The notes under the pieces were generated by a model. That model searched no databases and was not told the DNA's origin. It saw only the letters and a list, made by a program, of their open reading frames with translations. Of a stretch of 64,000 nt of DNA, positions 28,386 through 40,815 are shown in pieces. The position numbers and the translations under genes were made by a program. Numbering within the stretch: position 1 is the stretch's first letter; every line of letters begins with the position of its first letter. Source of the stretch: an uncultured Chloroflexia bacterium (GTDB lineage: Bacteria; Chloroflexota; UBA6077; JACCZL01); contig CAVXYC010000015.1 of assembly GCA_963765765.1 (NCBI GenBank), forward strand, positions 640,001-704,000, written 5' to 3'.

Positions 28386-29657
28386 ATGCACACCGATTTA
28401 CAGTGGGACCCTGGGCATGTCACGTTGAAGACCGAGGATCGGGCGATCCGACCCTCGGTCGACCGGAGCCAGCCCGCGGGCAGGGTGAGCACCCGGGAGG
28501 AGCTCTCGGACTCCACCGGGCAGAATGTCGCCTCCCGGCCGTTCGCTGCGCCGAAGGCCGTCTGCAACGTGCGTGAGGGCGTTGCTGACACGCTGGCAAT
28601 GCCACTTCTCGTGCTCGACACGGAACTGCGGGTGGAGTTCGCCAATAGATCGTTCTGCGAGGCGTTCGGTGTGAGGCCTGAGGCGGTTGGCCGATCGATC
28701 GAAGAGGTTGGTCGAGGTCACTGGAACAACGTGGAGCTGCGCGAGGCACTTGGGCACAGTCTTTTGCACACCGGTCGCGGAGACGAGCTCGAGATTCACT
28801 GCGCCACCGTGACGTCTGGTCCTCGGACGATGCGGATCACCACGCAGACCTTAGCCGAGATGAGTGATCCAGGGGGATACGTTCTCCTCGCGATGGAAGA
28901 CGTCACGGGACGCCAGGCGATGGACCGCCTACAGCGCGACTTTGTCGGCCTTATCAGCCATGAGATGAGTAACGCTCTCACACTCGTCGTGGGCGAGGCT
29001 CAGTGCATGCAACGGCGTGGCGAGTTCAACGCGCGTGCGCTGACCAGTATTGTGGACCAGGCCGTCGTCCTCGGTCGCCTGGTGCAGGACCTTCTGGACA
29101 CGCCGAGTTTTGATCCGGACACGCTGAGCATCGATCGCCGCTGGATCGATCTGGCGGACGTTGCCCAAACCACGATGCACTGGTCGCAGATCGCCAGCCC
29201 CATTCATACAATGCGTCTGGAGTGCCCCCTCGGCGGCGTCGAGGGATCGTGGGACCGTGATCGACTCACTCAGGTGTTCTCCAATCTTTTGAGCAACGCC
29301 ATCAGGTACTCGCCAGCGGGCGGGCAAATCCTGGTATCGCTTCAAGACCTGGGGTTCGCGGCGCGTGTCAGCATTCGAGATCAGGGCATTGGAATCCGGC
29401 CAGAGGCACTTCGACATCTGTTCGATCAAAGTTATCGGGTGCCCGGCTCCGCAGGCCAGGTCCGCGGGCTGGGATTGGGGCTGTACATCACCCGCCTGCT
29501 CGTAGAAGCCCACGGTGGAGACATAACCGTGGAATCAATGCCGGATCAGGGCTCGACCTTTCACGTCGTTCTTCCTCGAGCAGCGCCAGTGCATGAGTCA
29601 CCCCAGCAACTGACGCGGTGGGCGGTCATATCTGGACAAACGAAAGATCGCAAGTGA
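28386..29657 (+). CDS. PAS-domain sensor histidine kinase
   Basis: PLLVLD..LRV.FAN.SF; H-box ISHEMSNALT; N-box NLLSNAIRYS; DQGIGI; GLGLGL; GSTFHVVLP. Confidence 0.92.
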   Translation: MHTDLQWDPGHVTLKTEDRAIRPSVDRSQPAGRVSTREELSDSTGQNVASRPFAAPKAVCNVREGVADTLAMPLLVLDTELRVEFANRSFCEAFGVRPEAVGRSIEEVGRGHWNNVELREALGHSLLHTGRGDELEIHCATVTSGPRTMRITTQTLAEMSDPGGYVLLAMEDVTGRQAMDRLQRDFVGLISHEMSNALTLVVGEAQCMQRRGEFNARALTSIVDQAVVLGRLVQDLLDTPSFDPDTLSIDRRWIDLADVAQTTMHWSQIASPIHTMRLECPLGGVEGSWDRDRLTQVFSNLLSNAIRYSPAGGQILVSLQDLGFAARVSIRDQGIGIRPEALRHLFDQSYRVPGSAGQVRGLGLGLYITRLLVEAHGGDITVESMPDQGSTFHVVLPRAAPVHESPQQLTRWAVISGQTKDRK

Positions 29658-29874
29658 CAACCTTCTTGTCGGTGGAGGGCTCCAGATCCTGCTATTCGAT
29701 TGAGGCAGTGGCCAATGGGGAAGTTACCGTGCGCAGCCGCGGCGGCCGTCACGCCTTGACACGGCCCGAGAGAACACTGATGGCGCCAGGGTGGGCCGAT
29801 TTACGCGGTGGCGGTCGCGTTTCTGACAGTAAAGCACAGTGCTACGCTTCGTGCGGAGATGGGAGATGTACAGG

Positions 29875-30096
29875 ATGGCAATAGAGCAGAAAACCTGGCC
29901 CCCGGTCGTCGGGCAGTCGGTCCGCTTGAAGTCGGAACCGTACCGGCACGGCGAGGTGGTAGGTATCGATGGAACCGGTGGCGATGCCGTGTACTTGGTC
30001 GTGGTGATGCGCTCAATGATCACCGGCCGCTTGGGCGAGTTCCGAAGAATCGCCGATGAGCCGATCCGGTGGGGCCTCGCTGATCTTGAGCGGTGA
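29875..30096 (+). CDS. Small SH3/KOW-like hypothetical protein (family member 3)
   Basis: WPPVVGQSVRLKS..RHGEVVGIDGTGGDAVYLV...EP...LADLE; clear paralogue of 12315..12542. Confidence 0.7.
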   Translation: MAIEQKTWPPVVGQSVRLKSEPYRHGEVVGIDGTGGDAVYLVVVMRSMITGRLGEFRRIADEPIRWGLADLER

Positions 30097-30119
30097 CCGT
30101 CCCCTGGTGACCGTCCCCT
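30092..30119. repeat. 14-bp tandem duplication GGTGACCGTCCCCT x2
   Basis: Exact tandem repeat overlapping the stop codon of 29875..30096. Confidence 0.7.
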
Positions 30120-30320
30120 GACATCGATTCGGTGTAGTCGTCGGTTCCGCTTCTGAAATGAGCGCAGTCCGCCGCTCGTCGTGTCAGCTCGACTGAGAGG
30201 GACGCGAGCAGCGTGCCGGACGGGCCAGTTCTACAGAAATCCATTCACCCGCCGGTTCGTACGGCTCTCCGGCAATTCTCCGCCTTTCCGTCGGGGAATG
30301 CGGAAATGTGAGTACTTGGG

Positions 30321-32366
<2,046 letters not shown>

Positions 32367-32652
32367 GAAATGCTCCAGTGGGTTGACTTGATTGCGGGTT
32401 CAGGCAGGGCGAACGATAAGTGCGATCGCATCAAACTAGTGGCCCCGTGCGAGGGGTTTGGTGTTGGCATCAATGAAGGCGGACTGCATAGGGGCAGGGC
32501 TCGGCTTGCGCTCGCTCGGACGCATCGGTTGACTCGAGCCGGGACTGATAGCTTCGCGAGCCACCTTAGCGTCGTGCTTCAGGTTGGAGACGCCCAGCCT
32601 CTGCCCCGGCCATGCGATTGGCGAACATCACGCGACCAGCACGATTGCTGGT

Positions 32653-33031
32653 TCACGGTTCGCCCTCGGTCTTTGCCATGGCCAGGAGGACATTGGGTAG
32701 TTCCGCTGATCGGGGTAACCGGTCATCGCTACCCGTTACTCGATCCTTGTTCTTGGCACCCGCTTCCGCAATTTCTCCGCCCGCCGTGGAGAACGGATCA
32801 GCGACTGGCGTCATCCATTTGGGCGTCGCGACCATTGCAAGAATCGGCTCTTCGCTCACCGGGCAAATCGAGATGCTGGTTCGAAAGCCATTGCTCGCCA
32901 CAGACCGACCCTGCACTGTCGCGAACGAACGAAAAATTTTGGAGATTATCCTGAGCGGACACTTGTCCGCCCACGAATCCAACGGTAAGTCCGGCGATCG
33001 CAGCAATTACCAAGATGTAGCGCCATTGCAT
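32653..33031 (-). CDS. Putative secreted hypothetical protein (probably frameshifted)
   Basis: AGGAGG RBS; signal peptide MQWRYILVIAAIAGLTVGFVGGQVSA; continues in a second frame. Confidence 0.45.
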
Positions 33032-33238
33032 GAGTGCCTCCTGGGCATAGCTAGTCCCGGAGAAGGGTTATCTGTGACCCACGCCTGCCGAGAATGTGGC
33101 AGGTCTCGTCAGCAAGGACGAAAGAACGGAAACGAGGCGGGGATGCCTCGGTGCCAGGCCCGGCGAGCGGGCCGGCGAAACGTGCCGATGTCCGAAGTAT
33201 ACCGCGCTTTCCAAGCGGCCTGGCGTACTTCTCGCCGA

Positions 33239-33448
33239 TTAGTCTCTCGGCGCCCGCATCATCGTCTCTGCTGCGGCTCCCACGTCGAGCTCCACGCAGT
33301 CACGGTACAGGGAGATCATGGCCCAGGCGATGAGCCGCTGTGTTTCGACGTCCATGATCCGCTGACGTTGCTTGATGTCAGCGAGACGCTCCAGGCGAGC
33401 GAGGAAGAGCATGCGGAGCCGTTGGCGGTCCGGGTCCAGCTCGATCAC
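33239..33448 (-). CDS. Hypothetical small helical protein
   Basis: 69 aa, amphipathic (FLARLERL...AMISLYRDCVEL); GAGG upstream. Confidence 0.55.
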   Translation of the reverse strand: MIELDPDRQRLRMLFLARLERLADIKQRQRIMDVETQRLIAWAMISLYRDCVELDVGAAAETMMRAPRD

Positions 33449-33751
33449 GTGGGACGGCCTCGCTTATAGGTGCGTGCGAGAGTCCCCGCGCCGCATCCCA
33501 CGGTGAGTGCGTTAGTGATGCTTGTCGGGGTGATCACGTGAGCGATTAGGTGCCCGGCCCGGGCCCGCGTACATATCGCGGAGTCCGTGCCTATCATCGC
33601 GGGGATTCGACTTGATCGGAGCTACGCGGAGCGCGGGGTGCCAGGCGGATGAAGCACATCCAACAGACCGGTCCCCAGGCGTGGGGTATGGTCGCCGGGA
33701 GTCGATACAGCGGAGCCGTTCTGGTGTCACAATGGGCACATGGGTCAGTCA

Positions 33752-34183
33752 TCACGCGGGTCCAATCGCATCCAGTACCGCCTGGATGATGTCCTCGATA
33801 TCGAAGGGTTTGACGATCACCCGAGCATCGCCGTAGCGAGCCACATCAGACTGCGCCCGGTCGAGAAGCTTGGGGTTGGTCGAGGTCAGGATCACTGGGA
33901 TGTCCAGCGTCGCGGCCTCTCGATGGAGCTGCTCGAGTAGGTCCCACCCAGCCACCTCCCCCAGGACGAGATCAATGATGAGGAGATCCGGTTTGACCAC
34001 GGCGATGTGATCGAACGTCCGCGGAACGAAGTTCGTGGTCGTGACGTTGTAGTGCTCGTCCTCGAAGAGCGCGCGCACCAGGTCCAGGAATTCGGGTGCG
34101 CCGTCCACCGCGAAGATGTGCTGGCGATCCATCTGGAGACGTTCCACCTGGATACGTTCCTCAGCGACACACGGACCAGTCAT
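33752..34183 (-). CDS. Single-domain response regulator (receiver)
   Basis: IFAVDG, PDLLIIDL, GWDLL, PVILTST, VKPFDI; GAGG RBS. Confidence 0.88.
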   Translation of the reverse strand: MTGPCVAEERIQVERLQMDRQHIFAVDGAPEFLDLVRALFEDEHYNVTTTNFVPRTFDHIAVVKPDLLIIDLVLGEVAGWDLLEQLHREAATLDIPVILTSTNPKLLDRAQSDVARYGDARVIVKPFDIEDIIQAVLDAIGPA

Positions 34184-34704
34184 TGTGCACCTCACTCGCC
34201 ACGATGCGGTCCGCCCGGTGTTGCCCGGAATCGTGACGTAGCCAATCGGGCCGATGCGAGTATCTCACTGTGACGGAGATGTGTCATGAGCATTTCGTCA
34301 TCGCGGTTCATCGTCGCTGGCAAGCCTGGTCTGTCCGGCTTTGACATCGCACGTATCGCTTTTCCCAATGATGGAAATCCCAGCGAGTGCGTGTCGGTGA
34401 ATCGACTGCTCCCTCGCCCCCGCGTGATCAGCCCAGGCCCGAACCGCCATCACCCTGGCCAAACGCGAAATCGCCGGGGAATGAACAAATGCTCATGACA
34501 GGCGCGTGCTCGAGGGCCATAGTGGGAGGGAATCGGATTTCCGACGCCTCATCCGGTGCCGTTTTCCGCGAAATGCCGAGAGTCGTGGTCGCCCCATCAT
34601 TTGAGCTCGCCGGTACCGCAACCACTAGGAGATTCAATGATTCATCCATCGTCGTCACTATGGCGATCCTTAGACGAGACGGGCGGGAGCCAGCAGGTCA
34701 GCAC

Positions 34705-35334
34705 ATGGCAGAGTTGACGTTCACCTACCCAAAGAGTCCCGTGATCATCGAAGACCCGCCCATCGCGAAGGCCCTGTTCAACGACGCACGGATGGCATGG
34801 GTCTGGCTGCCGTTACGCCTGTGGCTCGGGTACCAGTGGCTCGAGGCCGCGTCGCACAAGATCACAAATCCGGACTGGATGGGCAGCGGCGTGGCGATCC
34901 GCGGGTTCTGGGAGCGCGCCGTCGCGGTTAACCCGGCCACCGGCAAGGACCTCGTTACCTACGATTGGTATCAGGCCTTTCTGAATCTCCTCCTGGTAAC
35001 GAACAGCGAGGTCTGGTTTGGCAAGCTGGTTGCCGTGGGTGAGCTGGCAATCGGTCTGGGCCTGATCCTCGGCGCTTTTGTCGGAGTGACGGCCTTCTTC
35101 GGCGGCTTGATGAACTGGTCGTTCCTGATGGCGGGCACTGTCTCAACCAATCCGATCATGTTTGCGGTGACCGGCGTGCTGATCCTGGCTTGGAAAACGG
35201 CAGGGTACTATGGCCTGGATCGATACTTGCTCCCACTTGTTGGAACACCCTGGCAGCGGCGTGACCCTGGCGCAACCACCGGCTTGGCCACATCCGCGAA
35301 GCAGGTCACGACGCCCCGAAGGGGCACAGCGTGA
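34705..35334 (+). CDS. DoxX/DoxD (thiosulfate:quinone oxidoreductase-like) membrane protein
   Basis: LRLWLGYQWL.A..HK, WYQAFL, GELAIGLGLILG, MNWSFLMAGTVSTNP, AGYYGLDRY. Confidence 0.88.
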   Translation: MAELTFTYPKSPVIIEDPPIAKALFNDARMAWVWLPLRLWLGYQWLEAASHKITNPDWMGSGVAIRGFWERAVAVNPATGKDLVTYDWYQAFLNLLLVTNSEVWFGKLVAVGELAIGLGLILGAFVGVTAFFGGLMNWSFLMAGTVSTNPIMFAVTGVLILAWKTAGYYGLDRYLLPLVGTPWQRRDPGATTGLATSAKQVTTPRRGTA

Positions 35335-35493
35335 GCAACGACAGCCCCAGCGCGTAGCTGTTAACTCCAGACGCCATTGGTGGAGCAGATTCTTTTCGGA
35401 CCGCCACGATTCGGCGGAAGAATTCGCCCGCATGACGATTGAGCCCGACGGGCGCAGGCCGCAGGACCCTTCGACAGCCCAGGAGTTTTGACA

Positions 35494-35955
35494 ATGGCGC
35501 TTCCACAATTTGATATCACACTCAGCGTACTCGCCGATGCGGCCGCAACACTTGACTTCGACGGCGGGCGCGGCCTGGGCCGCGAGCTCGTATTGGCAAC
35601 CCACGGTCTGGTGATCCAGGGCACATTGATTGGGCCCGGGGCCTACTTCCGAACGCTCGGCCGCCCGACGTCGCCGGCCGACGAAAAGCTGGGGGACGCG
35701 GACGCCGCGCAATTCCAGTTATTCGAAGAAATGACGCGTCGAGGACAAGCTCAGCACATCACAACGCGCGGGCTGGCCGCTAGCGGTAATGGGGTGGCAC
35801 TATCGCAAGTCCAGACCGAGGAGGCTTACGCCGCGTTTATCCATCTTCAGCATGTGACGATCATGAACGGGGGCGTTGGCATCCACCTGCCACTATGGCG
35901 CGCCCGGCTCACCGAGATCACTGGCTGGACGTTCGGCACGATCGTTCCGGAGTAA
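35494..35955 (+). CDS. GvpU-like protein
   Basis: LVLATHGLVIQGTLI...YF, FIHL..V, LWRARL.EI.GW.FG pattern resembles the GvpU family; AGGAG RBS. Confidence 0.6.
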   Translation: MALPQFDITLSVLADAAATLDFDGGRGLGRELVLATHGLVIQGTLIGPGAYFRTLGRPTSPADEKLGDADAAQFQLFEEMTRRGQAQHITTRGLAASGNGVALSQVQTEEAYAAFIHLQHVTIMNGGVGIHLPLWRARLTEITGWTFGTIVPE

Positions 35956-36485
35956 GTCATCGTGTATGGGAATTCATAGTTGAGGCCGTGCCTCCGCGCT
36001 GCCGCCGAGTGTCAGCGCGGTCACGACACTACCAGATTAAAGGCTCCGGGAAAGCTCACGGTTGACGAGACTTGTGTGCGCACCCGCGTATCTTTTCTGC
36101 TCTCTCTCAGCCAACGCGAAGCGATCGATCGGTCGAGACAGTCGTCGGACCGTCGCGCTCAGTCCCATGTTTCTGTTTGCCGTCGCACACGGACGTACGC
36201 CTCTACGATAGTGAGCTCCAGTAGCGGGCGACGTGGCGTGATTACAGCGCGACGGTCAGCCTGTAATGGCACGCTAGCCCCGTACGGTTTATCACCGGGT
36301 GATATGCACCGGCATGGCGACGTGGAAACAACTGACGATCTCTCGGCGATCGGGTACCTGGTACTGATTAAGTACTTGGCCCGACGGATATGGAACACAT
36401 GAAAGCACAGATGGGACTTCACGGAGAACAAATTCGTCCTTGAGGCCCCTTATGCTCTCTCACACTTGCGTAAGATGAAGTTGTA

Positions 36486-38842
36486 ATGACGGCCGACACT
36501 TCATCAGAGCCCAAGGTGCCGGCGCACCTAGCCTTCGCGGAGCGGTATCCGTTTCCGCTCGATGACTTTCAACTTCAGGCGATGGAAGCCCTCACCCACG
36601 GGAAGTCTGTGCTGGTGGCGGCGCCAACAGGTACCGGGAAGACTGTTGTGGCCGAGTTCGGCGTAGATCAAGCGCTCGCAGCCGGACTTCGCGCGTTCTA
36701 TACGACTCCCATCAAGGCGCTGTCCAATCAAAAGTTCCGTGATTTCCAGGCTGGGTATGGAGATCAGGTTGGTCTTGTCACGGGCGATTTGACGATCAAC
36801 CCTGACGGTCGCTTGCTTGTCATGACTACCGAAGTGTTGCGCAATATGCTCATTCAGAGCGGCGCCGCGCCCGCGGATCTGGGTGTGGTGATTTTTGACG
36901 AAGTGCACTACGTCGGTGATCTCCAGCGGGGCACGGCCTGGGAGGAAGCAATTCTGCTCGCTCCACCCCATCTGCCATTCGTCTGTCTTTCGGCGACGGT
37001 GCCAAATGCGCTGGAGGTGGCCTCCTGGATACGCTCGAGCCACGGTGACCTGGTCTGTATCGAGCATCATGAACGAGCTGTACCTCTTGAGCATTACTAC
37101 TTTGTGGATGGGAAGGCGAGCCGGCTGATTGATACGGATGGGAAGCGGACGGATCGCATACCGCGCGTCGGCGGTGAGCTGGCAGGCCGGATCAGATTCG
37201 GGGATATGCCCGGCTCACCTCCGCAGTCCAATCGCGAGCCTCGCCCCCAGGTGGAACCGGCGGATGTCGTTCGCTATCTCGAAAAGCAAAGGCTCACACC
37301 GGCGATCTATTTTCTTTTTGGGCGGCGCGCCTGCGAACAGTCTGCCCAGGCGTGCCTAACCCTGCCACCAGTCCCGTATGCCAAGGAGATGGTGCGCGAG
37401 GCGCAAGCGCGGCTCTCTGACTTGCCGCCCGAAGATCGACAAATGCGGCAGGTCACCTTGTTAATTCACCTTCTCTCGAGGGGCATCGCCGTGCACCATG
37501 CGGGACTTCTGCCGGTGATCAAGATCCTTGTTGAAGAGCTTTTCGCCTCCGGGCGCCTGCGAGCTGTCTTTGCCACCGATACGCTGGCGCTAGGTATCAA
37601 TATGCCAGCTCGAACCGTGGTGATCGGGGAGATGCTGAAGTTCGATGGCGAGTCGCGTCGACTGCTTACCCCCAACGAGTATCGTCAGATGATTGGGCGT
37701 GCTGGGCGTAGAGGCATCGATGAGCGCGGCGTTGCCATGATGGTCTACTCCCCATGGGTCCGGGCGGTCGATGCACTGGAGATAGCTGCCGGCGATCTCC
37801 TGCCGCTGGAAAGCGCATTTCAGCCAACGTACAGCACCGCCGCGAACCTCTGGCGCGAACCAGGGGACGAGGAGCGTCTGGCCGACCTGTATGCTCGCAG
37901 CCTGCGCCGCTTTCAGCATGACGCTGTGCTGGAGCAGCTCGCCGAGGAATACGAGGAGACCCAGGCACGGTTTCATGCCCGAGCCGATCGGTCGCCGGGT
38001 GACCCGAGAGTCTGGGCCGATGCGCACGAGCTCTCAGCCATCGAAGATCGGCGTCGATTTGCTCAGAATCGGGCGCGTTCCGAATCGCGCAAGGTGGTTC
38101 AGGGGCTGGGTCGCGTCATGGAACGGTTCGGTTATTTGAGCGTGCGTCGACCTACCTGGAAAGCCGAGCTGCTTCGCAACATATTTGATACCAATGCACT
38201 GACTCTCGCTGAGCTCCTCAACGCTAAGCTGCTCAACGGTCTCGATCCAGCGGAGATCGGAGAGGTGTGCTCGTGGTTCACCTGGGATCGTGATTCGCCC
38301 ATTCGGTCCTTGCCCATCTCACCGAGACTCCATCGCGTGCGAGAGCAGCTCAACCGCATCCATGGCGACGTCCTCCATGAAGAAACTCGTGCCGGGCTGG
38401 ATATCTCGCGGCCGCTTTCCCTCGACTTCCAGGGAGTAGCTCTCGCGTGGGCAGAAGGTAACACGCTGGCGGAGATCGCTCAGCGATCGCGTATTGCGGA
38501 AGGTGACCTGGTCGGCCTCCTTCAGAAGACGCTCGATCTTCTCAATCAGCTCAAAGTGGCCGCCTCGCGCGCGAGCGGGCCAAACAGTCAGGGCGGGCCA
38601 GTGGGATTCGATGATCGCTTTCTGACGCGTCTCGACAACGCCGACCAGCTTCTCCGGCGAGGAGTGGTGGAGGCCCTTATCGTTGGGCCGTCTCGGGTCT
38701 CCCAGATCCAGATGAGGGCGAGACCTGGGATGTGCCGCCGCTGGATGATCGAACGGCAGTCGGAGCGATGAAACCGCGGCGTCGACATCCGGGGCCGCCT
38801 CGGAGACAAGGACCGCCTAGAAGACGACGGCGGGGGCAATAG
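36486..38842 (+). CDS. helY: Ski2/HelY-like DEAD/DEAH-box RNA helicase (frameshift near 38675)
   Basis: APTGTGKT, TTPIKALSNQK, DEVH, LSAT, HHAG, ATDTLALGINMPA, QMIGRAGRRG, DSHCT-like C-terminus; alternative frame ends with an Arg-rich tail at 38842. Confidence 0.88.
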
Positions 38843-38854
38843 CGAGGCAAATCT

Positions 38855-38965
38855 GGCGCGAAGCGCTTTTGGAGTGCGCGCGGAACGCCGCTTTGTAGGG
38901 CGTACGTGCCGGCAGGGATGTCTAGAAAGCGGCGCTCCGCGCGCACTCCAGAAGCGCTTCGCGCC
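38855..38965. repeat. REPIN-like inverted repeat, GGAG type (40-bp arms)
   Basis: GGCGCGAAGCGCTTTTGGAGTGCGCGCGGAACGCCGCTTT (38855-38894) vs 38926-38965, 2 mismatches. Confidence 0.8.
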
Positions 38966-38982
38966 GCTTGACTTATCGGCAG

Positions 38983-39177
38983 CTAGGCTCGGGACAACTC
39001 TCCTGCTCCGGTGGCTGTCACAGACGACCCGCAGCGTGTGCACCGTCGTCGCCACGGACCAAAGACGGTGAACATCATCGTCTGGTTCTCCTGACGCACC
39101 TCATGACAACGAGGGCAAAAGTAGACATCGGGTTTCACAGCGAGCCTCCCCAGATTCGCAGTTGGATATGGCAGCAC
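38983..39177 (-). CDS. Possible small zinc-ribbon protein
   Basis: CPRC...CTRCG in 64 aa. Confidence 0.4.
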   Translation of the reverse strand: MLPYPTANLGRLAVKPDVYFCPRCHEVRQENQTMMFTVFGPWRRRCTRCGSSVTATGAGELSRA

Positions 39178-39529
39178 GATACTGCGTGGGGCGACTTGTC
39201 AGGCCAAATTATTCGATACAGCGATGTCTCACTTTGTGGTTTCGATGATGTTGAGCTGGTTCAGGACGCCCTCCGCGCCAAGGTCCGGGTCACACGCTCA
39301 TCAACGAGATCCGCGAGATGCATCCGGATGACAGAAAGCTTGGAGAGGAATTTTCCGCTGCGAATGGAAGATGCACGGCAGCACAGTAAGGAGTGGAGAT
39401 GTTTCCCAGGTGACGGCAAACATGAACCGCAGCTTGGTGTGCCCGGCGATTGGCTTCGAGCCGCGGAAACTTCTCTTTCGGATCGCAGCGCAATGATGAG
39501 TTATGCGTTGAGACGCCTACTCATGACTT

Positions 39530-40135
39530 TCAGTTCTTTAGAACGATTTTTCCACCGATGGCGGACCATATGGCCAGGCCTACCATTTGGGCCGTCCAGG
39601 GCGCGCCAAGCTCCGCTGCCTTCTGAATGAGCGCATCGGCGTATTTGAAATAGTAGCCAACGGTAAAGGTCGGCTGTCCAGCGGCGGGAATCGCCGCCCC
39701 GATAAGATCGTCGAGGAACGGAAATTCGCTTGGCCTGGCTACTGCAAGCGCTGCCGATGCCGTGGCCGGCCCCACACCGCCCAGCTCGCAAAACGCTGCC
39801 AGTGCCTTCCTGGGCGGCACCGACGTGTCAAACGCGGAACGGGCACAGGAATCGATTCGTTCAGCGGGATTGGCTCGAACCAGGGCGAGATTTCTCGCCC
39901 GCCATTCGCCCCGTTTCATCTTCCAGCGCACGATCTTACTAAGCTCTTCTAGGTCCAGGGTGGCAGGATTTCGCGCCCGAACTATCCCAGGGAGATCCTC
40001 GCGATACCAGCGATCAAGCTCGGGAAGATCGCCGGCATCCTGGGCCACGATAACATCGGGATAGGCATCCAATGCTCGCTGCCAGGCGTTCTTGTCCTTC
40101 GATTCGAAGAGTCGTGAGCCGTCGTGGATTGCCAT
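39530..40135 (-). CDS. HhH DNA-glycosylase-like protein (Amun-like)
   Basis: LPELDRWY, ELSKIVRWKMKRGEWR, LGGVGPATASAAL (HhH hairpin), PFLDD; start overlaps the upstream stop (TGATG). Confidence 0.7.
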   Translation of the reverse strand: MAIHDGSRLFESKDKNAWQRALDAYPDVIVAQDAGDLPELDRWYREDLPGIVRARNPATLDLEELSKIVRWKMKRGEWRARNLALVRANPAERIDSCARSAFDTSVPPRKALAAFCELGGVGPATASAALAVARPSEFPFLDDLIGAAIPAAGQPTFTVGYYFKYADALIQKAAELGAPWTAQMVGLAIWSAIGGKIVLKN

Positions 40136-40815
40136 CAGGCTGAAACGAGATCGGCGGTTATGATGGTCCGAAGATCAGTTGAGATGCGCAGTTCCGGCTC
40201 GGTGCACGCTTGCACAGACTCCGGAGTCCAGCCCTCGACAACCTCGTCCAGAACGAGCCCGTCGGGATGCACGCTGACGACGGCGATATCGGTGAAGATC
40301 TTTTTAACGACGCCAAGGGCGGTGAGCGGGTAGGTGCAATGTCGAACGATCTTCGGTGCACCGTCGCGCGTTGTGTGCGTCATCACCACAAACAGCCGCT
40401 TTGCGCCAATAGCAACGTCCATGGCCCCGCCGATACTGCCCATGGGCTCCTCGGGCACGCGCCAATTCGCTAGGTCGCCGTTTTCAGCGACCTGCATCCC
40501 CCCGAGCACCGCGGCGTCGAGATGTTTGCCGCGGATGATAGCGAAGGAATCGGCATGGTGCACGATGGACGCCCCGGTCACGAGGGAGATGTGCTCTTTG
40601 CTGGCATTGATGAGCTGCGGGTCCCACATTGTAGGGTCAGTCACAATCGGCCCCATACCAACCAGGCCGTTCTCGCTCTGCAGGATGACCTCACGTCCCG
40701 CTGGGACGTAGCTCGATGTAAGGGTTGGAATACCTATTCCGAGATTGACAAACCAGCCGTCCTGCAGCTCCGCCGCGACTCGCGCGGCCATCTGCTCACG
40801 TGACAATCGAATCAT
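40135..40815 (-). CDS. 3-oxoacid CoA-transferase subunit B (PcaJ/ScoB)
   Basis: VNLGIGIPT, catalytic QSENG, GDLANW, GGAMD, CTYPLT. Confidence 0.93.
   Translation of the reverse strand: MIRLSREQMAARVAAELQDGWFVNLGIGIPTLTSSYVPAGREVILQSENGLVGMGPIVTDPTMWDPQLINASKEHISLVTGASIVHHADSFAIIRGKHLDAAVLGGMQVAENGDLANWRVPEEPMGSIGGAMDVAIGAKRLFVVMTHTTRDGAPKIVRHCTYPLTALGVVKKIFTDIAVVSVHPDGLVLDEVVEGWTPESVQACTEPELRISTDLRTIITADLVSA

Noticed and set aside
38968-39630. 220-aa plus-strand ORF
   Set aside because: No RBS or motif, TTG start, and it overlaps minus-strand genes; function unsupported
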